Of a DNA stretch of 64,000 bases, positions 39,717-53,731 are shown piece after piece; position 1 is the stretch's first letter, and every line of letters starts with the position of its first letter. The notes below the pieces were generated by a model. That model searched no databases. It saw nothing but the letters and a program-made list of their open reading frames with translations, and was not told where the DNA came from. Both the position numbers and the translations under genes were made by a program. The stretch is from the NCBI RefSeq assembly GCF_018977255.1, contig NW_024704743.1:82276001-82340000 (forward strand), written 5' to 3'. The stretch is from Callorhinchus milii (Eukaryota).

Positions 39717-39770
39717 TTGCAAGACTCCATATTCAAAATAAAATTGCAAGACTACATATTCAAAATAAAA
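39717..39770. repeat. 27-bp tandem duplication containing AATAAA
   Basis: TTGCAAGACT(C/A)CATATTCAAAATAAAA twice, one mismatch. Confidence 0.93.
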
Positions 39771-40700
39771 CATACATTGGACTGAGTTTGACTTTTGTAA
39801 TTATTTGCAGCCTTTTCGTTCAAGAATAGATTTAAATTAATGGTGCCTCTAATTCTAAGGGAACTGCACAGTTAGGTATTGCTGGCTGAGGTGACCTGCA
39901 AGCTGGAGTTGTGGAACTCTGAGCTCCAAGGAGTCTGCATTCAAACTTACTCGAAACTCAGAATTAGTCATTGTCTGTGGATATGTTTTACAGTGTCAGT
40001 TTTTAGCCAATGGTTGGTGGAGAACAACTCCGAGACCTGTCCTTCCTTTCAGAACTCTTCTCAGTCAAGTTCAAAGTGCCCGATGAGGTCTAGATTTTTT
40101 TGTTGTACCTTAGAGGACAACCTTTCATGTGAAGTTGTGAGGGGGGAGATAGAGGAGAATTACAGCGAAAGTTAAAATCCTATTTCATTCCAAGTATAAA
40201 AAGATCTTGGAAATTAATCAATATAAAAATGAAAGTTGCAGTGCAGATGATATAGAAATAAAACCATACAACTTTGAGATAGATATCTGATCTACAAAAA
40301 TCTAATCCAAAAGCATTTGATGGAATTCTGATCTTTCCCTGCACCTTAATGACAGAAAGGGGGCTGATTCTAAATGGTAATTGTATTTAGTTTTAATCTA
40401 TGATCTAGTTCCATAGGTATTGGTATTTATTGCACAAACGCACACTATTTTTTAACTCCTACTTGACTGAGGAAGAGTGATCTTATTGGTTTCTATTGGG
40501 CTTATTGTGAATGTTGTATCATGTAGAACCTTTAGATTTCTTCTCGTTTTTTGGCTGCTTCATTTTTTTAAAATTCATATCTGTTTATTTTATACACAAG
40601 TTCACAATTCATTTCCTCCCTTCCTTCCCCCACTAGACAGGCTGCGAAAATGTGAACATTACAATTTAACCTGCTGTTTAATGCACCTCACCTTCACGGT

Positions 40701-40706
40701 AATAAA
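40701..40706 (+). terminator. Candidate ZHX2 polyadenylation signal
   Basis: AATAAA at the end of an AU-rich, repeat-poor block, with TTGTTTTC..GTTGTG downstream. Confidence 0.5.
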
Positions 40707-43303
40707 GTTACAAACCAAAACTGCACGGAAACTTCAGTGATCAGCTTGTTTTCGGGAGTTGTGCAAATTGTTCAGCACCCTGAACTCTGTTTAACAATGG
40801 TTTATTTTTTTATTTTACAATATAATTTTGTATTAGAATAAGCAAACTAAAGTAGTGTAAATGGTGTTAAGGTGATTAGCCACTGTACTGAGGTATTTCA
40901 ATATATTTCACAACAAAACAGTTAAAAAGGAAAGGGGTTTCAACGTATGGCCTGGCTTGTCCTGATTCCATAACCACTAAAATTTTAATTCTAAATGAGG
41001 ACAGACCAAGGCTTGCCCATTTTTAACCAGAAGAGATGTATGCTCTAGAAATATGGGGTTGTCTTTTGAGCTGTAGTTCATGTTCATGGGGCAGAGATGA
41101 GGGAGTTTTACTCGAGTGTTTGGCTTATGCTATACCAGACTTCAGAGTGCTCATTGCACACACCAGACTTCCAAAGTGCAAAATTGTTCCAATCCCCAGC
41201 AGACAGTCCAAATAGTGCAAATTTCACCAAATAAAAATAAGTTTCTTTTTCTCTGACCTAAGGAGGGAGAGCTATAACTAGCTGCAGTTAATATACTTCA
41301 AAATAATAATCACCGTTTCAAATTACCAATGAGTTTGTTTCCAAAGTTGTATCCATCTTGAATAGAATACAGTTGAAGATCATAACATACTTTTTTTTGT
41401 TTATGAGTAAGATCTTAAGCCATTAAGATCTCTTTTTGTGCTGTATGATTCTTTAATGAGGTCAATTACATTTTCTACTGTTTCCCATTGTGTATCCTTG
41501 TATTTGTTCTTAAATTCCTTTGCCTTAACCCATGTATTAAATGTACATAATGTATTAAACATTATGATTTACACAGCTGCACCTGCACTCTGCACACAAT
41601 TTGCATTGCACTCACAAGTATAAATTTCATGTCTGATACTGTACAGTAACCTCCATATAGCCTCATATCTCACTAATGTTAAAAGTCAGAGTCTTGGGAG
41701 TTAAGTTTTATGGTTAGCTAGCTTTCTTAATCCTGTTACTGGAAATAAACATTGTTTTCAAATTTATTTTCTTCCAGTCTACTACGCTATGTTGATAGTT
41801 TGTTTTTCCACACCTTCTTGCAAGATGTGTAGCAGATTCTGATTTGCAGCAAGTGGAAAAGTTTTCCCTTTCAATAATTGTGCATTTTCATTTCATGTCA
41901 GTGAGACCCAAGCAAAAGTATATACTGTAACAGGCGTGCATCAGCAGTAGACAAATGCATTTTCCTCAGACAAATGCACATTGGTTTTATTCTTCCGTTG
42001 ACTCATTTTTTAAAATAAAGGATTTATAAGGATAATGTCTAGGCTATTGTAATTAATGCAACAAATGCAATTTGGTAATGTTACACATCTGTTTAAAACA
42101 TTTGAACCACTGTTCTTTCCACTCAGCATAAGTTCACTTCCTTTGAAGTGAGTGGCTATCAAGAGCTAATTGAAATGTTTTAATTAGCTGTCATGTTGAT
42201 GGTCAGTTGGGTGGAATTTTTTCTTCATTGTGAATAATTCCCTATTTTGATTTTAAGCCAAATTATATTAGCAGTTGTTCAATTTATGAATGTAAAATAT
42301 GCAATGTCCTTTTTCTAAATACTGCACTAGTATTTGACAGCCAACAAGACTAATTTGTAAGTTATGAAGCTGGCCGAGGTCACACTTTAACCCACAACCT
42401 AGTGAGTCAAAATGTCCCTTTTGCTTTTCCCTCCTCTAAGGAATAGAGCACATCCTGCACCCCACTGTGGCTCCAGCTGAGATCACTTCACACTTTGTAG
42501 GGAATCATGGGCTGTTCATAGTTTTAGTTAATATCTTCAGCACTGTTTACATTGAAGGATTTCTATTCTAATGTTGATATGAAACTTATAACATTTTTAA
42601 AAATATTCCAAAACACGTATTCTCGATATCTGGGGATAGGAGCAGTGGAATTAGAACTTATTACAGTCTGACTCTCTTAATAATGCTGATTTTTGAGAGA
42701 TGCGTCTGATATGGTAGTTGTCTTATGTACTTCATCAGTGTGGGAGTCAAAACCACTGACTGAGTAATGTAATTTTTGAAATCAAAGTGAGCTATTGCAT
42801 CACACTATTGCAAAACATCAGTTTTATTTTCTTAGTGGGAAATATATGATTTTTTAAAAAACTAATGTACTACCTATTTACCTTCAGATGGTAGTTTTTA
42901 GTGGCATTTCATTGCAGAAAACCCTGGACACTAGCGCCCTAATAAAATAAAAAAATGTACAATACCAGGACAGAGGATTGCAACAAAGTTCACAAAGTTC
43001 TAAAACAAAATCAACATTATATCTACATCTAAAATGATTTCTTAGCCAACTGATTTCTTGAATTTATTGACAAAACTTGCCCTCACCAACATTTGCTGTA
43101 AAGTAATTCAGTCAGAATTGTTTGTCCACCTTCTCTATTCTGCGCTTGAGTCCATTTCTCCATTGATCATATGTTTAAGTAATAAGATCAAGTTTATCTA
43201 AACTAGAAATGTTGTCCGGTCCTATTTCCTTTCTGTTTCACAGTGCAAGTCCTAAGTCTATATACAGTAACAATGGATATAAAGGTAGAATGGTTCATTT
43301 TGT

Positions 43304-43652
43304 GGGGTCCTGTAGGGTAGTGGTTAGCAAGCGAGAGAATCCGGATTTGATTTGCGGGCGGGGTAAAACTTCAGGCAAGCTTTCTTACTCCACAGGCCTC
43401 TGTTTACCCAGCAGTAAGTAGGAACCACGACGATTGGTGGATCGCTTTCCGGGCATAATAATCCCTCCAAAAAGAAATAATAATAATTTGGTTACTCAAT
43501 CCATGACTTTTTGTGAGACACTGCTGTGCGCAATTGGTTGCCAATTTCACCCATAAGATACAGTCAATCCACCTTACAGCATATCATACAATCTGTAAAG
43601 CACCTTGAGACGTTTCAATGATATAAGGATTATAAATGCAAGGATTATTATT
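43304..43652 (+). mobile_element. tRNA-derived SINE, long form, decayed
   Basis: GGGGTCCTGTAG head, internal CCTCTGTTTACCCAGCAGTAAGTAGG segment, same tail. Confidence 0.75.
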
Positions 43653-43732
43653 GTTTTACATATTAACAAAAAGAATCTGAAAAAAATTATCAATGGAAAA
43701 AAAACATTTCATACATTACTTGTTTATATAAG

Positions 43733-44030
43733 TCTTGTAGTTGATATAGCACTTTTCACGTCTTCTAGACGTCTCAAAGCGCTTCACAGAATATACTGTA
43801 AAGTGAATTGACTGTATATTTGTGGGCGAAACGCGGCAGCCAATTGCGCACAGCAGCGTTCCACAAACAGTCGTGGATTGAAAATGACCAATTTATTTTT
43901 GTTGTTTTTTTGGAGGGATTATTAGGCGTTTGGAGTAAGGAAACTTGCCCAAGGTTTCTCCCTGCCTGGAAATGAACCCAGGTGTCTCGTTTGCAAGGCG
44001 AGTCCTCTAACCACTGAGCTACAGGACTCC
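43733..44030 (-). mobile_element. tRNA-Ala-derived SINE, short form
   Basis: Head GGAGTCCTGTAGCTCAGTGGTTAGAG with a TGC anticodon-like loop. Confidence 0.9.
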
Positions 44031-44034
44031 ACGG

Positions 44035-44550
44035 TTTACTACCAGCTCTCAGACATATTGTGCAAAGCCTTCCACCATCATGGCAGTCCCTTGACATGTC
44101 GTGTCCCAAACTATATACTGTATCCCAAGATATATTTTCTAGCAGAAATCTATGAAATTTGTTCTTGAAACAAATTACATCTTCTGCTTCCACCATCTCC
44201 CTAGGGAGCCTGTTCCATAAGTTTACTACTCGCTCTCTGAAGTAGTGTTTCTATAGATTTGTTCTGAATTTACCCCTCTTCAAGTGCAGGCTGTGTCCTC
44301 TGGTTCTACTGTTCGGTACAAGATAAAACAGCTTATCATGCTCTACATTATCTATTCCCTTCAGAATCTTAAAGACTGTAATCATATCATCACTCAACCT
44401 TCTCTTCTCCAGTGTGAACATGCCCAGTTTATCTAATCACTTCTCATAGTCCAGTCCCTCCATCCCATCAATCATTTCTGTTGCCCTCTGTATCTGCAAT
44501 ATCTTTTTTATATTGCGGTGACCAGAAGTGGCACACAGTATCCCAAGTTA
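44035..44550 (-). mobile_element. CR1-type LINE fragment
   Basis: Minus-strand FSLEKRRL-type ORF2 end (CAACCTTCTCTTCTCCAGTGTGAACA). Confidence 0.65.
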
Positions 44551-47500
44551 GGTGATGAACATTGAGGTTAAGTAAACTCACATTTTGAATGAAAGAGAAT
44601 TTGTAATTGTATTTTCACAAATGTTTTAAGCAGTCATATTGTCAGACAAATAAAATATATTTTACAATACCTGAAAAATAACTGAATTGCTCATGAGAAA
44701 GAAGTTGCCTTAACATTTTTTCAACACTTCAAATCAAATTTAAAGTTGGTTGTCAATATACCTGATCAACACAGTTGCTGAGAAATAATATATATATATA
44801 TATACAAATACATTAAAGGCAATACTAAACTGACAATACTAAGCTACCATACAAGGCAATATATCTGAAACCCAGTACCAATATTTGAAAATGTTTAAAC
44901 TCCCTTTTTTTTAATATAAAAGTCACAAAGTCCATTTCTGACTTCCAAACAACTTCTGATAACTTCTTACTCCAATGGAAAAAGGACTCTGTGACGAATT
45001 ATCTGGAGTGGTGAGTTAGGCATATTTATAAATACGGCTGGGATATTGACAGCAGGATGACTTAAGATGTGGTAATGATAAATTAAGGCAGGGTTGAGTT
45101 ATCAGGAGTTTACCGTAGTTGGTATTTTTATACAGATTTTTTAATTTTGCTAAAAGACTCCCAAATTTCAAAGTGAGATGGAGGGTAGATATTTTTAAAA
45201 TGAGGTTGAATATATCAAAAGGAAAATATACTAGGAATTTTGTTGCTTTATCCAAAAGGGAATTATTTGATCTTCAAACTGGTTTTAACACGAGCATTTT
45301 GCAAAAAGGTGTGGTTAGGTGATGTTCTCATCATGATGAAAATGCTGCTCAAGTCCTGGTCTTTTTTTAAAAAAACTGTTGAGAAATGCACCAAAGAGGG
45401 AATAGATAATATGCTGTAATTGCTTGTTATTTTGGTCAGGCAAGATGTCCTCTGTGTTTATATTTTCTTTATCTGTATTCTATCTGGTGTAAGATCTGTT
45501 AATGAGAATTTGTTTATACATGGCTCACTATCGATATCTTGGGTGTTCGTTAATTGATGCAAAATCTGGCCCATCGCCTATTTATTTTTTCTACTCTGAT
45601 GCAAATTACCCCAAAACACGTGAGACATTCTGCTACTATGCACAATGCAGATTCTTTTTTCTGAAGACTGTCTCTAACAAAGTATTCTCCCTGGATCAGT
45701 AACCAAACTATGTTGTATAAAGAAGCATAAGCTCCAGTGCTTATACAATCAAATTACAAGGCTTTCATAGATAACTTCTGAAACAAAATATGATTACATA
45801 TTAACTTAAGAGGCCGTCACAGGTTTATCAATTACAATTTTTAAATTAAAAAAAGCTGCAGGGTTTGAAACAAATGGACTAAATGTAGTTAGAATAAGAT
45901 AACCTATGGAAACTACTCCAATGGAGTGGTCCAGTAGTACAAAAGTAGTACGTCATTCAGGGCTGCCTGTGTTCCAAATTCAATCGGGTAAATCATACAA
46001 TGCAATACAAATTTCCATTGGTTTAGTGCCTTTCACGTCAGGAGGACCCAAGGCGCTGAAATCATGTCTTTGTATGAAAAGTTTCTACCTTAAGGACATA
46101 TGAATTCAGCATTCTTGGCTCTGTTGCTGAATGGCAAGCAATTCATTCCTATGTGGGAGGGAGATGGGTATTTTTAAATTAAAATAGGAATTTGTGTGGC
46201 TAACATCAGTTGGAGGGTAAAGAAAATCTTAAGTGGCATTGACTGTGGGCATAGAAACATTCATTATTGTTTAGCCTACTCTTGTGACTGGAGGGCACCA
46301 ATTTCTGAAGATCCCCAAGTAGCAAAAAATGTGCAGTAAACCTTCATTTTAATAAAGATCTGAAAGGAGTTAATGCTTTGTTCATTTCAATACATTTAAA
46401 ACCCCTTAAACCGAAGTTGGCCATAGCCATACCCAGTTTATAGGTCACCTGAAAACAAAGCACCCAAGACACAGTGGAGAAAATCATCTGTATAGATATC
46501 AGATAGTTTGCTGGTTGTGAATCCTCATTCTGCAAAAATAATTCTCACCGATTCTAATACTGTTTGCATTTGATGTGTATGACTGGACTGTAAACACCAT
46601 TTTAACAGTGAGTTATTCAAAATATGGGAAACTTGTTGAAACAAAATCTTTCTTACCTATGAAATGTTGCACTTGAAGATACCCTTTATCAAGAAAATAA
46701 ACATTTGGGGGCTGCAAAGAAATTAACACTAACTTTTTTTTGACAAAGGATTTTGCATATGGGATTTAGTTCCAGTTTATACTGTGATGCATAGGGGTAA
46801 GATTTTGTTGCACAAAATATTTCTGTAGTGACAATATTTATACAATATGGCAAAATAGTGGTTCTTTGCACAGTTAGAATAGGGTTGGACATTTGAAACA
46901 ATCACATTGCTAATTATAGGCTCAAGATAAGTGTCCATCCGTTATGCAGTTGAAGATGGACAATTATTCTACTTTGTCACAATTTTACAACGTTCACATT
47001 CCAAGCTTTCACTGTGAATGTTCCAACTCAATGTTGCTTCATTCAAACATTTCTCAGATAATTAAAATCTGTAAATATTTTAAACAAAACATTGTTGCCT
47101 TGTTTTTTTATGAAACATTAAGAGTTTTAATTTTCAGGTCCCCTCCAAAAATCCCAAAGCCAACAGAACCAGAAAAGCCACAAACTTCTCCCTTAGCTAG
47201 AATAGTTTCCTCAGGTTTACTCCATGTCTCCCCATGTCAGGACATTGAGCTTAGTCTCAGCTGCACACCAGTGCAGCGCTGGGGAACACTACAATGTAGG
47301 AGGTGCCGGCCTTTGGGTGAGACATTAAACCAAAGTTTCCTCAGCCTGTCCAAGATGGATGTTAAAGGTCTCTTGACAGTTTGGAAGAACAGGGGTTTCT
47401 CCCTATGTCCTGGGTCCTCCAAATAAAAATGGGTTGCTCACTTATAGGCTGTTTGAGATATTATGAGTAAATTTATGCACAGCACTGTCCCACAAACAAC

Positions 47501-48058
47501 AATGGGGAGAAAGACCAGGATACCAAGAAAAACTCTTCCAATACTGTCACAAGATCTGTAACACCAACCTGAAATATAGAATATTTAAAGGTTTCCCACG
47601 CAATGCATCAGTGTCAAGCCTAGATTACAAACTCAATGAGCACGGTTGAATTGGAACGAGAGAAGAGTGTTACCATTTGAGCCAAGCTGACACCTGAAAA
47701 GTTTCTGTACGAGTTCCAGTATGATCATTAACCAGAAAAAAATAATCAAAGTAAAATCTTGGAAGGAATGTTTCTAAAAATATTCAGATTGAATATTCTT
47801 TAAACTCAAACCTTCATAATAAACTTACGGATCGTATATGTTTAATGTTTCTCACATCATTGACAAAGCAATGTGGCTATTTTGTTTTGGAGTTGGCTTC
47901 ACACCTTTCAATTGTTCCCCTTTTAACCTCACTTTTTTAAAAAAACTTCCAGACTTAAAACTTTGCGACTACATTGAACACTTTTTGGAGTTTGAGATAC
48001 ATAGAGTTCCCCTGTGTTACCCCGAGTCAGTAATTAGAGGATTGCGGGGTCAAGCCTC

Positions 48059-48290
48059 ATAATAATAATCCTTGCATTTGATATAGCGCTTTTCACGTCT
48101 TCTGGATATCCCAAAGCGCTTCACAGAATATACTGTAAAGTGAATTGACTGTATATTTGTGGGCAAACCCAGCAGCCAATTGTGCACAGCAATGTCCCAC
48201 AAACAGTCGCAGATTGAAAATGACCAATTTATTATTGTTTCGGAGGTATTATTATTAGGCGTGTGAAGGAAACTTGCCCAAGGTGTCTCA
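48059..48290 (-). mobile_element. tRNA-Ala SINE, 5'-truncated
   Basis: Matches the body and tail of 53204-53509. Confidence 0.85.
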
Positions 48291-51047
48291 TGGTGGGCAT
48301 TAGCTCATGCCTAGAATGATGCTCCTTTTTCTTTGCAGGCAAGCTTTCCAAGGCATTCGAATAACTTTTCCTTCCACTGGGTCTACCCAAGTGTTCCATG
48401 AGCAGGGATAACAACAACTTGCATTTATATAGTGTCCTTCATGCAGGGTAGCGTCCAGGAGTGCTTCAATGGATGACCCAATCCAATATTTCAGCCAAGA
48501 CCCATTAGTCAAGTAGTGAGATGGATGTTGCCAGGCTCTTTAATAAAAATTCATGGGGCATCACAATGGAGTCCCAGGTTTGTCCTCAATCGACCTCCAC
48601 ACATACAGTGAGTTGGAGTCTCTACACAGATGAGTGAGAACTCTGGCTGATTTTCCTCTGCCTAATCCACTATGCCGAGACCAATTGTAGCTCTCCAACC
48701 ATCACCCTGGCTGAGATCAGCTAATTGAACCTGGATGCTGTATGAGCTTTGCTACTCAGGGAATAAACTTACTGAGCCATGGAGCTAAACCCTGTACATT
48801 CAGTTCTAATAATTGTCACATTTAACGGTAAAGGTAGAAGAGAAGCATAGGAGAGTTTGACTCAAGTGCATTAAAGGGCTTTGGCTCTGTACTGAATGGA
48901 AAGTTAGCTCCAGATTTTGAAGACTTGGAGCCAGTTCAGCAATCTTAGATCTCCTAGAGCCAACAAAAATGTTACTTGGAGGTAGAATTTGCTTCATGTT
49001 CGTTTGCCCACCTCAAACTAACAGATTATTGGCTAGGAAGTACTGTACTATCACAGCTAATAAGAACCAAGCACAGAAACTTGTCCTAAAGCATGAATTT
49101 TTATAAATTGAAAAGTCAAACTACAGATTCTTCATTTACATTTTTAACGAATTTTCTTGACAATTTAACAATTCTAAAATTCTAGAATCATGTTCCAGAT
49201 CGTTTTTACATTTAAAAAAGTTAGAAATCTCAAATGAAAATTAGATGAAAATAATAAATTAACTTGATTAGAAATGATTTTCTTCCTGAGTTAAAGCCAT
49301 TTTAACCTCAAACTGAAAGACATCAAGTGTAGTGTAGCGAATACTCTATCAGCAAGTTTAAAGATAGGTAGATACTTGGGAAGGATTTGGGGAAAAGGCA
49401 AGGATTAAAAAATATGCTTTTATCTAATAAAACAGCAGAATAAGCTGGACATTCTGAATGGCGTCTTCCTTTGGCAAGCACTGAATTCCCAATTTCAGTT
49501 GGACTAAAAGTGGGACGGTGCTGGCGAGGATATTTGTCTACAGTAAATCTTGAAGCAGTTTGAGAATTGCTGACATAGGTGATGCCAGAATTTTCCATTG
49601 TTCACTCGTTCCCAATTCTTTTCGGTTTGCAAGCTGTCACAAGTCATTTTAATTCATGTAGGAGCTCAGATGAATCTCAACAGATGAGTTGAAAGTTCCA
49701 ACATTTTGTTTCCCATATTTTAACATATGATTGCACTTTACTTTGCTGCACTCAAAAGATTTTCCATTCCCCTCCCATGCAAGATCACTTACCATTCCAG
49801 ACTGTAGCTGTCCATCAAGGTCAGAGTGCTTCCCTTTCCAAAGTTCCTTCTTTCTAAGGAAACGTGCATCCAGTGACTCGGCCAAATTCAGGGACTCACC
49901 ATTCCCAGAAATGTGAGATCTCACAAGCATCGTCTTAAACTATCAGGCAATGTTTTCACATCAACACATTATAGAAGCATTTGAGATCAAACTACAAATG
50001 CATCAGGGTAAGAGACCAAAAATAAAGCAACATTGTTAAATCCCGGTTTCATTTTAGTGCTTCAATATGTTTTTTTTAATAACTAAAGCATAAATCTTTT
50101 GTATAAAACAGTTCAAGGAGTCCAATATACACTAAAAGTAAATCCTTTGATGTTTAACTATTATGTTCACATTCAACATTCACACTTGTATCTTGGAAAG
50201 AAAGACTTAACAAAAAGAATAACCTTGTCAAACTGTCACACTAGTAAAAGTGTAATCTTCACTGGTACGAATGAATCAATTTGTCAATCCAAAACCGCAT
50301 CAACTGAAGACTGTACAAGACTCTTCATCTTTGTTTTCCCAGCAATTTGGAACATCTTGTAATTAAAATGGACTAAATCTGCATTTGCTGTAAAGCATTC
50401 CAACCCAAACTGAAATAAAATGATTTAAGTACTTAAACCAGGCACGATGATATTAAGACTTTTTATATTCATATCCTGGGCTTTGAGATTCATTATCAAA
50501 ATTGAATGTTTTACTTATCTTCACCCTCCCTATGCTTGACATTAGAAAAAACATGTAATCACAGGCATTCTGATAACATTGCACTACATTAAAGACCACT
50601 CTTCTCATCTGCAGACACACACTGACTGAGGGCAACATTCTAACTTGCTTGTGGTTGGTTGTAGTTTTGTCTATTTTAGCTTTGCTCTTTGAGTAGAGGC
50701 TTAAACAGATCACTGTACTTACATAAACCGATTGACTTTAAAAATTGGGGTCGACAATGTGGTATTCACAAAGACAATTTGCAAACAGCGACTCAAAGAG
50801 TAACTCCTGCAGATCACTAGACTGGAGTCATGCTGAAACCTGCCTAAATGGGAGACTGCAGTCACAGTGCAGTTCTTGTGGGCTGCCCTATTACCTGCAG
50901 ACTCTGTTGCAATTACTGTATTTTGAGAATATGCCTTCACTTAAAATTACGTTCGAGAACAAGCAGGCATCTCTAGTTTATAAGTGAACTATATTTCTTG
51001 AGATTTATAAAGATTCCTTGGTTTAAATGGTTCTGCTCATCAAAAGG

Positions 51048-51053
51048 TTTATT
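51048..51053 (-). terminator. Candidate DERL1 polyadenylation signal
   Basis: AATAAA on the minus strand about 1.35 kb after the DERL1 stop; motif only. Confidence 0.3.
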
Positions 51054-52402
51054 TCCATCATATTCGTGAAATCCCTAACGTCATGCCTCTAAAAACATTT
51101 ATACTTTAATGTAAGTTAATTTTTTTCATCTTCAAATCAATGGCGTTGACAGGAAATTGAGCCGTCAAGAATCGAACATTAGAGTAGTCAAACACATTGT
51201 CTAAGAGTCTGAACTCAGAGCTTTGTACATGTACCCTGATAGATTTCTATTACCTGCACTGTTATATATCTTTTTTTAAAGGACCCGTCCCTTTACAGTG
51301 TGTAAAAATCATTGGGGGGGGGGGGGGGGGTGAGAGAGTCGAGGGAAACTGCCCTTTTGGTGGTGGTCGAGTTTTTGACACTTCAATTTTTTTTGTGAAT
51401 AGTTCCTGCATATAATCTTTGAATGTCTATCTGATAACTATTCCTCTCCCCTTTTCATTTAACCAAGAAGCACCAATGTAATGGCACCAGTTATCAATTT
51501 CAAACTGCACTCCCTCCCTCTACCACAAGGACAGGTTAACAGTCCAGCACTTTATGCGGGGAGGGGAAGCGGAGAGAAAACAGGGAAAATTGGGAGAACT
51601 GTGACTGGTTACTTTTGGGACCCGTCTCAAGGAGCACAAAAAAGTGTCTGAAAAAAGTGATCAACATTTTAACGAGTGAATAAACAGTTTCTTCACACAA
51701 GGAATAAAACCAAAACATAACCACAGTCTTTCATCGATACTGCATAGTTTGAGGGTCATCCCATTGCTACAGCAGCCCAAAGAGCAGAATTAATGCACTT
51801 CTTGTTCCTCAGCACTCAAGTCTGAGGAAGAAATACAAAAGCAGCAGTAATTCTAATAATTGTATTAGTACTCAAAACAATTAAGGGAATGGAAGGGGTG
51901 AAAAAGGGAATAAGAAAATAAATGCACAAATCCAAACTGAGCATTACATTTTTTTTATATTGTTGACCATAATGAGTGGGGTCTAACATGTGGCAGTTTC
52001 TAACAGAGTTCCTTAAGCAAGGAAGCAAAATTATGTTACACTGACTCAACAATATCAAATGACACATCAATTTGTAGGGTTTCTTAAAAAATGTTATAAG
52101 AATTGCCGCATTTTAAACCTCAATGCATCAGATTTTGATTAATTTAAGATTTAATCCAAATGCTGTCTCTTACAGATCAGACTGGTGTACCCCTTGTACA
52201 GGTCTCCAGGAAAGATACAGCTGTACAGTTCCATATTACCAAAGCTCTGCACCTTCCCTTCATCAAAAGACCAACTAAAAAAGATTTGGTTTCTCAATTC
52301 TGCCACTTTTATATAACTATGCCATTCAATTTGAGCAGTAATTCCAGAATATAAATCATTTGCGCCAGGTAACACATACAATGTTCAAAATACAAAGGAT
52401 GT

Positions 52403-52547
52403 TCAGTTATCTCCTAGCCTCTGCCCCTGGCCCCAGAAATAGCCTCTTCCCCAACCACGGCCCGGTTCTTCAGCTTGTGGTCTCCTGCTAGTTGGCCGGA
52501 CTCCAAATCCTGATACGCCTCCTCTCTTTGGGGGAAAGATTCGGGTC
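52403..52547 (-). CDS. DERL1: Derlin-1 last coding exon: TRIFPPKRGGVSGFGVRPTSRRPQAEEPGRGWGRGYFWGQGQRLGDN*
   Basis: Acceptor TTCCCTTCTCCCAG; RGGVSGFGV and the C-terminal SHP box WGQG.RLG; TGA at 52405-52403. Confidence 0.94.
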
Positions 52548-52791
52548 CTGGGAGAAGGGAACAGAAACTGGTTTTGTAAATAAAATCTCTCACAAAGGTG
52601 TTCAACACTGTATCATTCAGGGAACTCAAAATGGAATTGAATATGTACTCGCAGAGAGATAATAAAACAGGGGGAAAAGGGCTTGGAATTAGAATTATTG
52701 TATATACTTCAACTGGCTTAGTTGGTAGCACTCTCTTCGCAGGGTTAGCAGCTGTGGGTCTGTAACCCATGTTTGAACTCATAATCTAGAC

Positions 52792-53731
52792 CAGAGGTTC
52801 TCAAAGTCCAAAGTATGGGACTCACATCCCTTGGGAAGGCGTAAAGGAGACACCAATTGCATACCCCACAACGTCCAGTTTTAAAATGTTATTTCTTGTG
52901 AGCACAGGAATTGGCTAAGCTGTGTGCGTACATACGTCAGCCTCACGAGAACAGTTCCTGCATTAACCTTGAGAGGCTGGAGCATATGCACACACAGCCC
53001 AGCTGCATTCCTGCTCCAATTCAATACAATGTGCTGGCCTCCCTCATGGTTAACTCGGGAATCAATTTGTGAGGCTGGCACATGGGAGCCAATTCCTGTG
53101 TTCACAGCTAAGGGTTTTTATTAATTAAAAAATGGGATGTTGGGTAAGTTGTATCTTTGTTTTAAGAAAGCTTTGATTTAAAAAAAATTGTTAGAAAACT
53201 TTTAATAATAATCCTTGCATTTGATGAAGCGCTTTTCACGTCTTCTAGACATCTCAAAGTGCTTCACAGAATATACAGTAAAGTGAATTGAATATATATT
53301 TGTGGGCGAAATGCAGCAGCCAACTGCACACAGCGGTGTGCAGTCGACACAAACAGTCGAAGATTGAAGCAACCAATTTATTATTCTTGAGGGATTACTA
53401 TTAGTCGTGTGGAGTAAGGAAACGTGCCCAAGGTTTTGCCTTGCCGGGAATCGAACCCAGGTCTCTTGCTTGCGAAGCAAGTGCTCTAACCACTGAGCTA
53501 CAGGACTCCACTTTTTGCAGAAGTGATGGCAGTGGAGGTTCCAGCAAAAAGCAGGAGCCGAAAATATGATGATGTTCATTTAAAACTGGAGTAGGTCCAG
53601 CAGTACCACTCAGTGTGTTGTATGTGTTGAAGTTCTGGCAAATGTGTTAGTCTTAGTTAACTATGGGAAGGAGCATCTGTATTTTATCTTAGCTTAGAGA
53701 AGCTCACTGTAACAAAGTTTGAGATACCCTA
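52792..53731. mobile_element. Non-autonomous hAT (Charlie-like) DNA element with a nested SINE
   Basis: Termini CAGAGGTTCTCAAAGT and AAAGTTTGAGATACCCTA; flanking 8-mers ATCTAGAC (52784-52791) and GTCTAGAC (53732-53739) fit the NTCTAGAN hAT-Charlie target preference. Confidence 0.75.
53204..53509 (-). mobile_element. tRNA-Ala-derived SINE, full length, with 6-bp TSD
   Basis: A box TAGCTCAGTGG, B box GGTTCGATTCC, CGC anticodon loop; ACTTTT at 53198-53203 and 53510-53515. Confidence 0.92.

Larger units (their letters stand above)
38992..40725 (+). other. ZHX2: Candidate terminal 3'-UTR exon of ZHX2
   Basis: Acceptor TTTGTTTCTCTCCATAG ends 38991 (alternative AGs at 38930 and 38962). About 1.7 kb of repeat-poor AU-rich sequence follows, with AATAAA at 40701-40706 and GT-rich sequence downstream. 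Confidence 0.55.

Noticed and set aside
52414..52782. 122-aa minus-strand ORF
   Set aside because: Out-of-frame overlap with the DERL1 last exon plus intron and SINE sequence.
53436..53509. Genuine tRNA-Ala gene
   Set aside because: It is the head of a multi-copy SINE, with a poor acceptor stem, continuous SINE body and a TSD.
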